Assembly: GCA_965213675.1 (NCBI GenBank)
Contig: OZ243916.1
Coordinates: 1,216,001-1,280,000, forward strand
Source of the DNA: an uncultured Candidatus Binatia bacterium
Lineage (GTDB): Bacteria; Desulfobacterota; Binatia; UBA9968; JAJDTQ01
DNA length: 64,000 nucleotides
Direction: 5' to 3'
Shown: in pieces, positions 27,335 to 37,285 of the stretch
Layout: every line of letters begins with the position of its first letter
Position numbering within the stretch: the stretch's first letter is position 1
Notes under the pieces: model-generated
Seen by the model: only the letters and a program-made list of their open reading frames with translations
Database searches by the model: none
What the model was told of the DNA's origin: nothing
Program-made: the position numbers and the translations under genes

Positions 27335-28507
27335 TCAACGGCCCCACAGCCGCTCGCTCGCCAGTCGCGCTCCCTCGGACATGGCCTGGAACTTGGCCCA
27401 GACGATGGCAGGATGGATTTCCGGGACCTCCAGGGCCTGGGTGCCGAAGCCGCAGTCGCTGCCGGCGATGACGTTTTCGCGGCCGACGACGCTGGCGAAG
27501 CGTTCGAGGCGCTGGGCGATGATCTCCGGGTGCTCCACCACTACCGACGACTGGGTGATGACGCCGGGGATGACGAGCTTGCCGTCGGGCAGCCTCACAT
27601 CCCGCCAGATGGTCCACTCGTGCTCGTGACGAGGGTTGGATGCCTCGAAGGAGAGGGCGCCGGCGCGGATCTTCAGCACGATGTCGATGTAGTCCTTCAT
27701 CTCCATGTCGTGCACCCGCGGCCCCATGTTGATGCCGTAGCAGGTGTGGTAGCGCACCCGGTCCTCGGGGATGCCGCGCAGGGCGTGGTTGATGCCTTCC
27801 ACTTGGCCTTCCGCCCAGACGCGGCACTGCGCGAGGCTCAGGTCCGGGCTTTTGACGTAGTAGTTGATGAGACGCGGGTCGTCGATCTGCAGCAGGAATC
27901 CGGCGTCGACGATGGCCTGGTATTCCACGCGCAGGGCGTCGGCAATGGCGAACAGGAACTCCTCGTCGGACTTGTAGTACTCGTTCTCCACGTTGCCGGC
28001 CACGTCGCACGGTGAGATGGCGGGCACGAAGGCTTCCACCACGCCGGCCTCGGCCACCGCGGCCTTGAGGTTGGCCAGGTCCGTCGCCAGCCGTTCCTGG
28101 GCCTTGTAGGCCAGAGGGCCGGTACACGCCATCTGCATGTTGCTCGGGTTGGGAGTGCTTCCCGGAATCGTGTTGGAGCCTGCATAGAACTCCGGAAAAG
28201 CCTGCGACTCGCGCGAGTTGTCCCAAGGCGACACTCGTACCCGGCCGGTGGGCGAAAGGCCGTCGAGCCGCGTATGCGCGTACACCGCAAAGCCACGCTT
28301 ACTGAGTTCGCCGTCGTCGACGATGTCCACGCCGAGTTCCTGCTGGCGGCGCACGATGGCGTGGACCGCGCCCCGGAGCTTTTCCTCGTAGTCGGCCGGG
28401 TCCACCGCCCTGCCCTCGTTCTCTGCCAGGATCGCCTCGATGAGTTCCTGCGGGCGCGGCAGACTACCGGTATGGGTGACTAGAATGCGTTCGGTGCTGT
28501 GCAGCAT
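27335..28507 (-). CDS. Cobalamin-independent methionine synthase II family protein
   Basis: THTGSLPRP, LQIDDP, YHTCYG, PGVI, GSDCGF. Confidence 0.9.
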   Translation of the reverse strand: MLHSTERILVTHTGSLPRPQELIEAILAENEGRAVDPADYEEKLRGAVHAIVRRQQELGVDIVDDGELSKRGFAVYAHTRLDGLSPTGRVRVSPWDNSRESQAFPEFYAGSNTIPGSTPNPSNMQMACTGPLAYKAQERLATDLANLKAAVAEAGVVEAFVPAISPCDVAGNVENEYYKSDEEFLFAIADALRVEYQAIVDAGFLLQIDDPRLINYYVKSPDLSLAQCRVWAEGQVEGINHALRGIPEDRVRYHTCYGINMGPRVHDMEMKDYIDIVLKIRAGALSFEASNPRHEHEWTIWRDVRLPDGKLVIPGVITQSSVVVEHPEIIAQRLERFASVVGRENVIAGSDCGFGTQALEVPEIHPAIVWAKFQAMSEGARLASERLWGR

Positions 28508-28545
28508 GGCGACCTCCGTCCAGGGGAACTCCGATCCATCGGCAG

Positions 28546-28645
28546 CTTTCGACTTCGCTCCGCCACGCCTGTCCTGAGCGCGTCCAAGGGCTCGGGATGA
28601 ACAGTGGCGGAATATCGGCCGTTCGTCCCGAGCGGAGCGCAGTGG
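28546..28645. repeat. Palindromic repeat of a further REP-like family
   Basis: TTCGACTTCGCTCCG...CCTGAGC...GCTCGGGATGAAC ... GTTCGTCCCGAGCGGAGCG inverted arms. Confidence 0.6.
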
Positions 28646-28667
28646 CAGGACTGCCGGCCGTGCGCGA

Positions 28668-29087
28668 TCAGAATGCGTTGTTCACCGGTTTGAACTTGTA
28701 CAGCGTCCGGTCCTCGGTGACGTCGTCGAACACCACCTCCACCGGCATGTCGCAACTCAGGGCGTCGGGCTGGCACCCCACCACGTTGGTGGTGAGGCGC
28801 GGGCCCTCGTCCAGTTCCACCACCACCAGGGCGTAGGGCAGGTCCTCGGCGAAGCCCTTGTGGTAGGCCCGGTGGTACACGCCGAAGGAGTAGATCTTCC
28901 CCTTGCCGCTCACCCGGGTCCAGGTCCAGTCGGTGCTCCAGCACGCGGGGCAGGTGGCGGCGGGGGGGAACCAGTGGTGCGCGCACCGTTCGCAGCGCGG
29001 CACCCGCAGTTCGTGGCGCTTGCAGCCCTCCCAGAAGGGCTCGGACTCCACCGACGGCGGCGGCAGCGGCTTGTTGTAGTCGCTCAT
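28668..29087 (-). CDS. Zn-ribbon/OB-fold protein (DUF35)
   Basis: PFWEG, CERC..FPP...CPAC, SGKGKIYSF, VELDEGPR; ATGA-coupled to the thiolase-like gene. Confidence 0.9.
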   Translation of the reverse strand: MSDYNKPLPPPSVESEPFWEGCKRHELRVPRCERCAHHWFPPAATCPACWSTDWTWTRVSGKGKIYSFGVYHRAYHKGFAEDLPYALVVVELDEGPRLTTNVVGCQPDALSCDMPVEVVFDDVTEDRTLYKFKPVNNAF

Positions 29088-30256
29088 CCCGCTTCCCTCC
29101 CCAGGATCAGCGCCGACTGGCACACGGTGTTGCCGCCGTGGCCGCTGACCAGGGCGATGTCGCAGTCCTTCACCTGCCGATCGGGTGTGTGCTCGCGGCG
29201 GACTTGGCGCGCGCCCTCCAGCACCTGGAGCATGCCTTCGATATGCCCTTCCGAAAGCTGCCCGCCCGACGTGTTGGTGGGCAGCACGCCGTCGGCTTCC
29301 AGTGCCCCGGAGCCGACGAACGGGCCGCCCTCGCCCTTGGCGCAGAAGCCGTAGTCCTCAAGCTGGAGCAATACCATGTGGGTGAAGCAGTCGTAGATCT
29401 GAGCGGTGTCCACATCCCTGGGGCCGATGCCCGCCATCTGGTACGCGGCCTCCCCCGCCTCCTTGGCGCCGGTGGTGATCATGTTGTCGTCAAGGTGCCA
29501 GCCGCTCAGACGGTTGCCGAAGCCGAAACCCAGGACATAGGCCGGCGGCTGCCGGAGGTCCCGGGCGCGCTCCGCGCTGGTTACCACCACCGCGCCGGCG
29601 CCATCGATGAACACGCTGCAGTCGTACAGGCACAGCGGGTCCACGATGAGCCGGGCGCTCAGGTACTCGTCCAGCGTCAGCGGCTTCTGCATGAAGGCAA
29701 GCGGATTCTTGCGGGCGTGGTTGCGGAACGCCACGGCGATGGCGCCGAGCTGCGCCTTGGTGGTGCCGAAACGCTCCATGTGGCGGCGCGCCGCGAGCGC
29801 GTAGTTCACCGGCGCGCCGAACTGGCCGAACTCGGAGCCGAACTCCGAATAGGTCCGGGGCCGGGAGGCCACGGCCTGCTTTGCCTCGGCGGTGCGGTGC
29901 GTGCGCGACCAGGTGTCGCGGCCGTAGCCCACCACCACGGTATTGCAGACGCCGGCCTCGATGGCCATGCACGCCATGGCCACGGCCATGGTCTGGCTGG
30001 CGCCACCGTTGGCCGTGGACGTGCTGAAGGTCACGTTGAGGCCGAGTGCCTCGCCCACCTTCTGGTGATGGCAATAAACGTCGTCCGGGCCGCGGGTAAT
30101 GAGGCCGTCCACGTCCTCCTTCTTCAAGCCCGCGTCCTCGATGGCGTTCCTGGCCGCCACCGCGAAAAGCCCGATGGGGCCCATCTCCGGCACCTTGCCG
30201 AGGGGGCTCTGCCCCACCCCGGCGATGGCGTACTTGCCGCTCAGATTCGTGCTCAT
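29084..30256 (-). CDS. Thiolase-like protein (SCP-x/Ltp2 type)
   Basis: AIAGVG, DCS..IDGAGAVVV, AQIYDCFT, NTSGGQLSEG. Confidence 0.9.
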   Translation of the reverse strand: MSTNLSGKYAIAGVGQSPLGKVPEMGPIGLFAVAARNAIEDAGLKKEDVDGLITRGPDDVYCHHQKVGEALGLNVTFSTSTANGGASQTMAVAMACMAIEAGVCNTVVVGYGRDTWSRTHRTAEAKQAVASRPRTYSEFGSEFGQFGAPVNYALAARRHMERFGTTKAQLGAIAVAFRNHARKNPLAFMQKPLTLDEYLSARLIVDPLCLYDCSVFIDGAGAVVVTSAERARDLRQPPAYVLGFGFGNRLSGWHLDDNMITTGAKEAGEAAYQMAGIGPRDVDTAQIYDCFTHMVLLQLEDYGFCAKGEGGPFVGSGALEADGVLPTNTSGGQLSEGHIEGMLQVLEGARQVRREHTPDRQVKDCDIALVSGHGGNTVCQSALILGREAG

Positions 30257-30463
30257 GGTTCCTCCCGTGTGCCCCTTCGGGTCATCGAATTCAGGAGCCT
30301 GACCGGTTTGTCAAGCATCCACCGCGAGGCAGGGAAAGGGTCCACTGGGGTCCAGTTCCGGTTGGAGCTTCGTCCAGGTTCCCCAATGTTTCCCTCCAAA
30401 TCCATCCGAACCCGGCCTCCATCTCCCTGCCTCTCGCCACGAATCGATAAACCCCACAGGCTC

Positions 30464-31264
30464 CTATCGGGCCTTCCACACCGCCGGGCGCTTCTCGGCA
30501 AAGGCGCGGGACCCCTCTTTCTGGTCCTCGGTGGTGGAAAGCGCCAGGCCCAGCTCGCTCTCGAGCCGGAGGCCCTGCTCCAGCGGAAGCTGCATGCCCT
30601 TGGTGATGGCTTCCTTGATGGCGATGACCGACAGCGGCGCGCCCAGGCAGATCTTGCGGGCGATCTCCCGGGCCGCGTCCATGTAGCTGTCCACCGGCGC
30701 CACCTGGTTCACCAGCCCGATGCGCAGCGCTTCGTGTGCGTCCACCGCCTCTCCGGTGAGGGACAGCTCCAGCGCCTTGGCCATGCCGATGAGGCGCGGC
30801 AAACGCTGGGTGCCGCCGCCGCCCCCGAGCCGGCCGCGGCGCACTTCGAACATGCCCAGCTTGGCGTCCTCCGCGGCCACGCGGATGTCGCAGGCCAGCG
30901 CCAGTTCCAGCCCGCCGCCCACGGCGTAACCGCGGATCGCGGCGATGGTGGGCTTCTCCATGGCGGCCACCCACAGGTTCTGCCCTTGTTGGCCCGCCCG
31001 CTGGCGCGCCCGGCGCTTGTCGAAGAACGTGGAGTCGTCCACCTCCCGCGCCCGCTCTTTGAGGTCAAGCCCCGTCGAGAACGCGCGCTCCCCCGCGCCC
31101 GTGATGATGCACGCCCGCACGTCCGGATCCGCGGACACCCGCGCGCACGCGTCGTGCAACTCATCCCGCGCCTTGTAGCTGATGGCGTTCATGGATTCGG
31201 GGCGGTTGAGGGTGATGGTGGCCACATGGCCGGTCACGTCGTAGAGAATGTTGTCGTAGGTCAT
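30464..31264 (-). CDS. Enoyl-CoA hydratase/isomerase
   Basis: ITLNRPE, AFSTGLDL, GYAVGGGLELALACD, GGTQRLPRLIG. Confidence 0.93.
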   Translation of the reverse strand: MTYDNILYDVTGHVATITLNRPESMNAISYKARDELHDACARVSADPDVRACIITGAGERAFSTGLDLKERAREVDDSTFFDKRRARQRAGQQGQNLWVAAMEKPTIAAIRGYAVGGGLELALACDIRVAAEDAKLGMFEVRRGRLGGGGGTQRLPRLIGMAKALELSLTGEAVDAHEALRIGLVNQVAPVDSYMDAAREIARKICLGAPLSVIAIKEAITKGMQLPLEQGLRLESELGLALSTTEDQKEGSRAFAEKRPAVWKAR

Positions 31265-31569
31265 GGATAGGCTGTTCCCTGGGCGCCCGCCGCTCGCCCC
31301 TGTCCGGATTTGCCAGAGATACGCGAAAGCGCCCTGGATGGCCCCTCGCGCGTGGGCGACCGCCGGTCGCCCCTACATGGAACTGTCAAGGTGAAAGCCT
31401 GTCGCGCCTGCCTGATGTTGCGTCTCACCGAAACGTTGACGAGCATGCGCAGCAATTCTGGTTGCCGGCAGGGCGCCCGTGAAGGGGCGACCGGCAGTCG
31501 CCCGCCGGTACGGGGGCCGATATCCCCCTCAACTCCGCCCAAAACCAGCCTCCATTCCCATTCCTCTCG

Positions 31570-33726
31570 CTACGATTGGATAAAGCCCACAGGCTCCTGA
31601 TCCGTTTTGTCGGACACGGTGATCAGGGCGTCCGCCACGGCCACGCCGTTCCCCTGCGGGCGCACCATCACGGGGTTCATTTCCACGGCGGTGAAGCGCC
31701 CGGCATTTTGGGAAACGAAGTCGCCGAAGCGAACCACGCAGTCCACCAGCGCGTCCACGTCCCGCGGCTTGCCGCCGCGTACGCCGCGAAACAGCGCCGC
31801 GCCGCGCAGCTCCTGGAGCATCTCGCGCACGTCCACGTCGTCCACCGGCGCCAGGCGGAAGGCGGCGTCCTTGAACACCTCGACGTAGACGCCGCCAAGG
31901 CCCAGCATGACCAGCGGACCGAATTGCGCGTCGTGCACCATGCCGACGATGACCTCCAGGCCATCGGCCACCATTTCCTGCACCAACACTCCGTCGATGC
32001 GCGACTCCGGGTGTTTCGCCTGGACGTTCCGGACCACGCGGTGCCAGGCCGCTTCCACCTCCTCCGGGCTGGCGGCTCCGAGATGGACCCCGCCCGCGTC
32101 CGACTTGTGGGGCACGTCTGGCGACTGAACCTTCAGCGCCACCGGAACACCGAGGCGCCCGGCGATGTCCAGCGCATCCTCAGGCGTTTCGGCGAGTTCC
32201 TCCCGCGTCATGACGATGCCGGTGCGCGCCAGTATCTGTTTGCTCTCGTATTCGGTCAGCGCGCCGCCACGCTCCGGCGCCTGGAAGTCCACCGATGCCG
32301 CGGGCGTACGCGGACCCTTCAGCCGGCGGCGGAACGCCGCGTAGTCCACGAGCCGCCGCACCGCCTTCATGCCGCCGGCCACGTCCTCCACCATGGGCAC
32401 GCCGGTGTCCGCGGAAAAGGTCCGGTAGTCGCCAGTAAGGCTGTTGGAGGCCAGCGACAACACGAACAGCGGCTTCGCCGACTTCCCCGCGCATGCCACC
32501 GCCTGATCCAGGAGCTTCTGCTGGCCTGGGCCGGCGGCGCGCCTGGCGCTCAGCGCCATTCCGACCAGATCGATGCCATCGTCGTCCAGGAGCGCGTGGA
32601 GCACCGTGGTGAGGTTGTCTCCGCGCTCGATGCGCGGCATCCCCACGGTGTCGATGGGATTGCCGAAGGGGCGGTCGTGGACCCCCAGGATTTCCTGAAG
32701 CCGTTGGTTGACGGCCACCGGCAAGGGCGGACACTCGAGTCCGGCGGTGGCGTTGACGTCGCTGATGAGCGCCGTGGCGCCGCCGGAAATGGTGAGGAAC
32801 ACAACCTTGCCCCCCGCCGGCAAGGGGGCGTGGAGGAACAGGCCAGCGGTCTCCACCAACTCGTCGATGGTCTCCACGGCGGCCACTCCGGTCTCGCGGA
32901 ACAGGGCCGTATAGGCCTCCTGGCGCCCGGCCAGGGTGCCGGTGTGGGCGACGGTGGCGCGCCGGCCCGGCTCGGTGCGCCCGAGCTTCAACACGACCAC
33001 GGGCTTCTTGCGGGTGGCGGCGGCAAGCACACGGCGAAGCCTGGGGCCGTCCTTGGCCCCTTCCATGAGACAGGCGATCACCTGCGTCTCCGGGTCGCCG
33101 GCGAGGTATTCGATGTAGTCCGCCATCTCCACCACGGCCTCGTTGCCGCTGGAGATGATGTAGTTGAGGCCGATGTTCCGGCTCGCTGCCAATTCGGTGA
33201 CGGCGTTGGTCAGGCCGCCGCTCTGGGAAATGAGCGACACGCCGCCGGGAACGGCATCTGCCGGGATGGAGAAGTAGGAGTTGGCGAAGCCGTACTTGAG
33301 GCTCGCCAACCCCATGCAGCAAGGGCCGGTCACCGCCATCCCGCCGGCGGCGGCCAAACGCTGCAGCTCTTCCTGACGCTGCCGGCCGGCCGGCGTGTTG
33401 CCGTCCGCGAAACCCTCGGCCACAACGATGCCCGAAGGCACACCCGCGCTCACCGCTTCCTCGATGACTTCCAGCACCCGCGTGACCGGCAACGCCACCA
33501 CCACACAGTCCGGCGTCTCCGGCAAGGCGCGCACCGACGCGTAACAGGGCTTGCCGCGGACCTCGTCGTAGTTGGGATTCACCGGATAGACCGCGCCATG
33601 AAAGCCCGACGCGAGCACGTTCCCCAGGATCCGTCCACCGGTGCCTGCCTTGGGAGATGCGCCCACCACCGCTACGGAACGTGGCCGGAGCAGCGCCCTC
33701 AGATTGTCGGTTCCGCTCAAGTCCAT
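31570..33726 (-). CDS. Acetate/acyl-CoA ligase (ADP-forming) family, fused subunits
   Basis: PRSVAVVGAS, SQSGG, SSGNEA, AHTGTLAG, HKSDAGGV, EMNPV. Confidence 0.9.
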   Translation of the reverse strand: MDLSGTDNLRALLRPRSVAVVGASPKAGTGGRILGNVLASGFHGAVYPVNPNYDEVRGKPCYASVRALPETPDCVVVALPVTRVLEVIEEAVSAGVPSGIVVAEGFADGNTPAGRQRQEELQRLAAAGGMAVTGPCCMGLASLKYGFANSYFSIPADAVPGGVSLISQSGGLTNAVTELAASRNIGLNYIISSGNEAVVEMADYIEYLAGDPETQVIACLMEGAKDGPRLRRVLAAATRKKPVVVLKLGRTEPGRRATVAHTGTLAGRQEAYTALFRETGVAAVETIDELVETAGLFLHAPLPAGGKVVFLTISGGATALISDVNATAGLECPPLPVAVNQRLQEILGVHDRPFGNPIDTVGMPRIERGDNLTTVLHALLDDDGIDLVGMALSARRAAGPGQQKLLDQAVACAGKSAKPLFVLSLASNSLTGDYRTFSADTGVPMVEDVAGGMKAVRRLVDYAAFRRRLKGPRTPAASVDFQAPERGGALTEYESKQILARTGIVMTREELAETPEDALDIAGRLGVPVALKVQSPDVPHKSDAGGVHLGAASPEEVEAAWHRVVRNVQAKHPESRIDGVLVQEMVADGLEVIVGMVHDAQFGPLVMLGLGGVYVEVFKDAAFRLAPVDDVDVREMLQELRGAALFRGVRGGKPRDVDALVDCVVRFGDFVSQNAGRFTAVEMNPVMVRPQGNGVAVADALITVSDKTDQEPVGFIQS

Positions 33727-33909
33727 TGCAAAATCGGTAACTTGCAGGGATCCGGTTCGCGCCGCGCGCGGCGGTTTGCGCCCATCCTGGCAGCCGGTGG
33801 ATGCCCTTTATCTCCCAACTCCCTGAATTTCCGAAAAAAACCACTGCCCGCATATTGTGCAATTCGTTGAATTGCGGATGGAAAGGGCGGTTTATCGTGC
33901 GTGAAAGCG

Positions 33910-33931
33910 TTATTCACAGACCTTATCCACA
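33910..33931 (+). promoter_or_regulatory. Two tandem DnaA-box consensus matches
   Basis: TTATTCACA (33910-33918) and TTATCCACA (33923-33931). Confidence 0.5.
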
Positions 33932-34000
33932 GAAGCTGTTACTGAATTGACAGGCTGACCTGACATTGACGCTTCCTCCACCGACTCCTCCTGCCCCACG

Positions 34001-35056
34001 TTACCGGGCCGTGGGCACCCCGGGATCAGCGGGTTCGTGCCTGTCACGATCGCGCACGTGGTCGTACTGGCGGGCGAACCAGCGCATGTAATCGCCGTAG
34101 GTCGTGGGCTCATAGCGGGGCGGGTTGTCCGGCCCCTGACACGTGGGCAGACATGCCATGGGGAAATCATGAGTCGCGTCGAAGAAGAACGGGATGGCGT
34201 AGCGGTCACGTCCGGCGTTGCGGTTCACCACCCGGTGCGGCGTCGACAGGAACCGGTGGTTGGTCCAGCGGCGCAGCATGTCCCCGGAGTTGACCAGGAA
34301 GGCGTCGGGCACCACGGGCGCGTCCACCCATGCGCCGGAGGGCATGCCGATGGCCAGACCGGGAAGTTCCGACTGCGGCAGCATGGTGAGGAAACTCGAA
34401 TCCGTGTGGGGCGCCAAGCCGTACTGATCGGTATCGCCCTGCTCCGCGGGCGGGTAGTGAGACAGGCGCAGGGTGTACTGGGGCTCGCGGAACGCCTCGG
34501 CGAAATAGTCCGGCGGCAGGCCCAACGCCGCCGCGTAGACCGGCAGCATGCGCTTGCACAGCCCCTCCATGGCGTCGAGATACCGCACCACGGTCTCCCG
34601 GAAACCCGGTAGAACGCGCGCGTCGGGCCACGGATTGGCGCAGCGGTAGCGAACTCCCGCCACCACATCCGGGTGATCCAGCGGCAGATCGCGCTTGAGG
34701 AAGAACGCCTCCACGAAGTTGGGGTGCGTGGCCGTTTCCACCCGGGAACTGCGGGACACGTAGCCGTTGAGCGGCATGTAGCCCACGTTGTGCTCGTTCC
34801 CACGAACCGCCGTCTTCAAGGCCGCCGGTTGCGCGTGGAAGCGCGCGCATTCGGCGAACACCGCGTCGACGAGGGCCTGCGGCACCCCGTGTCCGTGGAT
34901 GTAGTAGAAGCCCACACGCTCCAGGGCGTGGCGCAATTCCGCGGCCAGGGGTGGCAGCGCGCCAGGGACGCCGGCCAGGTAATCGGTCAGATCCAGCACC
35001 GGAATGCCGCTGGCGGCCGCGGCTTTGTGCGCGGGCCCGCGCAGCCCTTTCGCCAT
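34001..35056 (-). CDS. Isopenicillin N synthase-like 2OG-Fe(II) oxygenase
   Basis: IPVLDL, GFYYI.GHGV, LRLSHYP, PHTD, STPHRV, RYAIPFF. Confidence 0.9.
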   Translation of the reverse strand: MAKGLRGPAHKAAAASGIPVLDLTDYLAGVPGALPPLAAELRHALERVGFYYIHGHGVPQALVDAVFAECARFHAQPAALKTAVRGNEHNVGYMPLNGYVSRSSRVETATHPNFVEAFFLKRDLPLDHPDVVAGVRYRCANPWPDARVLPGFRETVVRYLDAMEGLCKRMLPVYAAALGLPPDYFAEAFREPQYTLRLSHYPPAEQGDTDQYGLAPHTDSSFLTMLPQSELPGLAIGMPSGAWVDAPVVPDAFLVNSGDMLRRWTNHRFLSTPHRVVNRNAGRDRYAIPFFFDATHDFPMACLPTCQGPDNPPRYEPTTYGDYMRWFARQYDHVRDRDRHEPADPGVPTAR

Positions 35057-35061
35057 CCCGG

Positions 35062-35616
35062 TCACTCCGTGGGCAGAACCGGCATGCCCTCGGGCGCGCC
35101 GATGGCGAAGGCGTTGAGCGAACACGCAAGGCCGACGTAGCCGCCGATGATGCCCGTCAGCTCCGCCAGCCGGTGGTCGCCCAAGCGCTCGCGCAACGCC
35201 TGAAACGTGGCTTCGGTGACGCGGTGCGGCGGCCGGAGCAGCTCCTGTACGTATTTCACGAACGGCGCCTCGTTCTCGTCGAGCCCTTTGGGGGCGGTGC
35301 GGTCGCGAATGGCCGCCACCGTCGCCTCGGGCACCCCGGCGTCGAGGGCGTGCCCGGAGTGGGCGGCCCATTCGTACACGCAGTCCATCTCCCGGGCCAC
35401 CGTGCAGATGACCAGTTCCTTCTCCCTTGGGGGAAGTTCCGAGGTGAACAGTGAATATCCTACGAGGTGCGCGGTCCGGGCGGCCAGATCCGGGCAATGG
35501 AGCAGGTTGCCGTAGGGCGCGCTGATGCGTTTCCGGCTGGCCATGATGGCGTCGTAGTGGCGCCGCTGGTCCGCCGGAATGGCCTCTCGTTCCGTGATCT
35601 GCGGAAGTCGTGACAT
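35062..35616 (-). CDS. Carboxymuconolactone decarboxylase/AhpD-like protein
   Basis: LLHCPDLA, ELVICTVARE..C.YEWAAH. Confidence 0.8.
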   Translation of the reverse strand: MSRLPQITEREAIPADQRRHYDAIMASRKRISAPYGNLLHCPDLAARTAHLVGYSLFTSELPPREKELVICTVAREMDCVYEWAAHSGHALDAGVPEATVAAIRDRTAPKGLDENEAPFVKYVQELLRPPHRVTEATFQALRERLGDHRLAELTGIIGGYVGLACSLNAFAIGAPEGMPVLPTE

Positions 35617-35638
35617 GCGCGGGTAGGTGGCGGTCCCG

Positions 35639-37114
35639 TCACAGCGCCGGCGTGGTGGCCGGGGCCTTGCGGTGGTGCGTGGCCTGCTCGTAGGCGTAGG
35701 CGAACCCGATCATGCGGCCGTCGTCATAGGGCCGTCCAAGAAAGGTGATCCCGGCCGGAAGACCGTCCCGGGTGAAGCCGCCGGGCACCACCACCGACGA
35801 AACGAAGATCAGGAACGTGTTGATGTGAGGCACCCCTCTCATGTTGACCCATGGCGGCTTGATGCCCTCGGTAATCAACGTCGGCTGGTGCTCCACCGAC
35901 TTGTGCACGATGGCGTCCAGCTTGTGGTCGGCCATGACCTTCAACAGGTTGCCCATGAGCTTCTCGCGGGCCACCAGGTACTGGTAGTGCTTGTCCGCGT
36001 CCAGGGGCGCTTTCCAGCGGTTCTGGGCGTTGTAGTGGACCTTGGCGAACTCCGCCGACGCCATGGCCTCCTGGCGAGACTCGAACGGCCGCCTGGCGCT
36101 GCGGCCGTAGTACCGCTTGAAGGCTTCGTCGGCGCTGTCGGGGTTCCACGACCGCTTGGCCAGCAGCTCGTTGAGCTGTGGTATCTCCACCGGGTCCACC
36201 ACTTCCGCCCCCGCGGCCTTGAGGTCCGCCACCGCCTTGTCGAACACCTCGGTGACCTGCCGGAAGTCGTCGGTGTCCGGCTCCGCCATGTAACCCATGG
36301 GCTCGCGCAGGATCCCGAGACGGGCGCCCTTGAGGCCGTTGGCGTCCAGGAAGTCGGTGTAGCTCGGGGGTACGTGCCCCACGCCGCGGGCGGTCACCGG
36401 GTCCTCTGGATCGTAGCCCACCATCGCGTCCAGCAGCCGCGCCATGTCGCCCACCGTGCGGCACATGGGGCCCAGCGAGCCGGTCATGTCGGGCCAGCCG
36501 TCGTACACGCCGCCCCGGCTCACCAGCCCGGGCGTAGGGCGCATGCCGGCGACGCAGTTCCAGGTGGAGGGGCGGCGGATGGACGCGTAACCCTCCTGCC
36601 CCACCGCCACGGTGGCGAAGTTGGCGGACACGGCCCCGCCGGAGCCCCCGGAGGAACCCCCCACCGTGCGCTCGATATCGTAGGGGTTGCGGCTCGACCC
36701 GAACAACGAGCCGTGGGTATCGCCTCCGCCCAGCTCCCCCAGGGTGGCTTTGGCCAGGATGATGGCGCCGGCCTTCTTGAGTTGCTCCACCACGAAGCAA
36801 TCTCGGTCGGGATAGTAGTCCTTGAACAGGACGCTCCCCAGGGTGGTGGGCATCCCCTTGGCGTCCCCTTGGTCCTTGAAGACGATGGGAATGCCGTGAA
36901 GCGGCCCGGTCAGGGGCGAGGCGCCGAGCCGGTCGGCTTCCTCCAGCGCATTGGGATTGACCGTAATGATGCAGTTGAGGGCCGGACCCTTCTTGTCGTA
37001 GGCATTGATTCGTTCGATGTACGCCTGCACCAGCTCGCGAGGGGTAAGCTGCCCCGATTCATAGGCCTTGTGGATGGCGTCTATCGTGGTGTCGACTATG
37101 TCGAACGTGCTCAT
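35639..37114 (-). CDS. Amidase signature family protein
   Basis: GPLHGIPIVFKD, GGSSGGSG, SIRRPS. Confidence 0.92.
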   Translation of the reverse strand: MSTFDIVDTTIDAIHKAYESGQLTPRELVQAYIERINAYDKKGPALNCIITVNPNALEEADRLGASPLTGPLHGIPIVFKDQGDAKGMPTTLGSVLFKDYYPDRDCFVVEQLKKAGAIILAKATLGELGGGDTHGSLFGSSRNPYDIERTVGGSSGGSGGAVSANFATVAVGQEGYASIRRPSTWNCVAGMRPTPGLVSRGGVYDGWPDMTGSLGPMCRTVGDMARLLDAMVGYDPEDPVTARGVGHVPPSYTDFLDANGLKGARLGILREPMGYMAEPDTDDFRQVTEVFDKAVADLKAAGAEVVDPVEIPQLNELLAKRSWNPDSADEAFKRYYGRSARRPFESRQEAMASAEFAKVHYNAQNRWKAPLDADKHYQYLVAREKLMGNLLKVMADHKLDAIVHKSVEHQPTLITEGIKPPWVNMRGVPHINTFLIFVSSVVVPGGFTRDGLPAGITFLGRPYDDGRMIGFAYAYEQATHHRKAPATTPAL

Positions 37115-37189
37115 GTGAATCTCCTGCCGAATACGGCTGTCCGGCAACCTGCCGAACTCCACTTCCCCGCGATTCGGCGCTTGACCCTG

Positions 37190-37281
37190 GTCACCCCGGA
37201 CTTGATCCGGGGTCCAGGAGCGGTGGGGCGGGGTGGACCCCCCGCCACCTCCCCTGGATTCCGGGTCAAGCCCGGAATGAC
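37190..37281. repeat. REP-like doublet (related family)
   Basis: GTCACCCCGGACTTGATCCGGGGTCCAG ... CTGGATTCCGGGTCAAGCCCGGAATGAC. Confidence 0.8.
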
Positions 37282-37285
37282 GGAT

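Noticed and set aside
33855-33960. oriC
   Set aside because: Only two DnaA boxes, no clear unwinding element and no dnaA/dnaN/gidA context; kept only as a weak regulatory finding.
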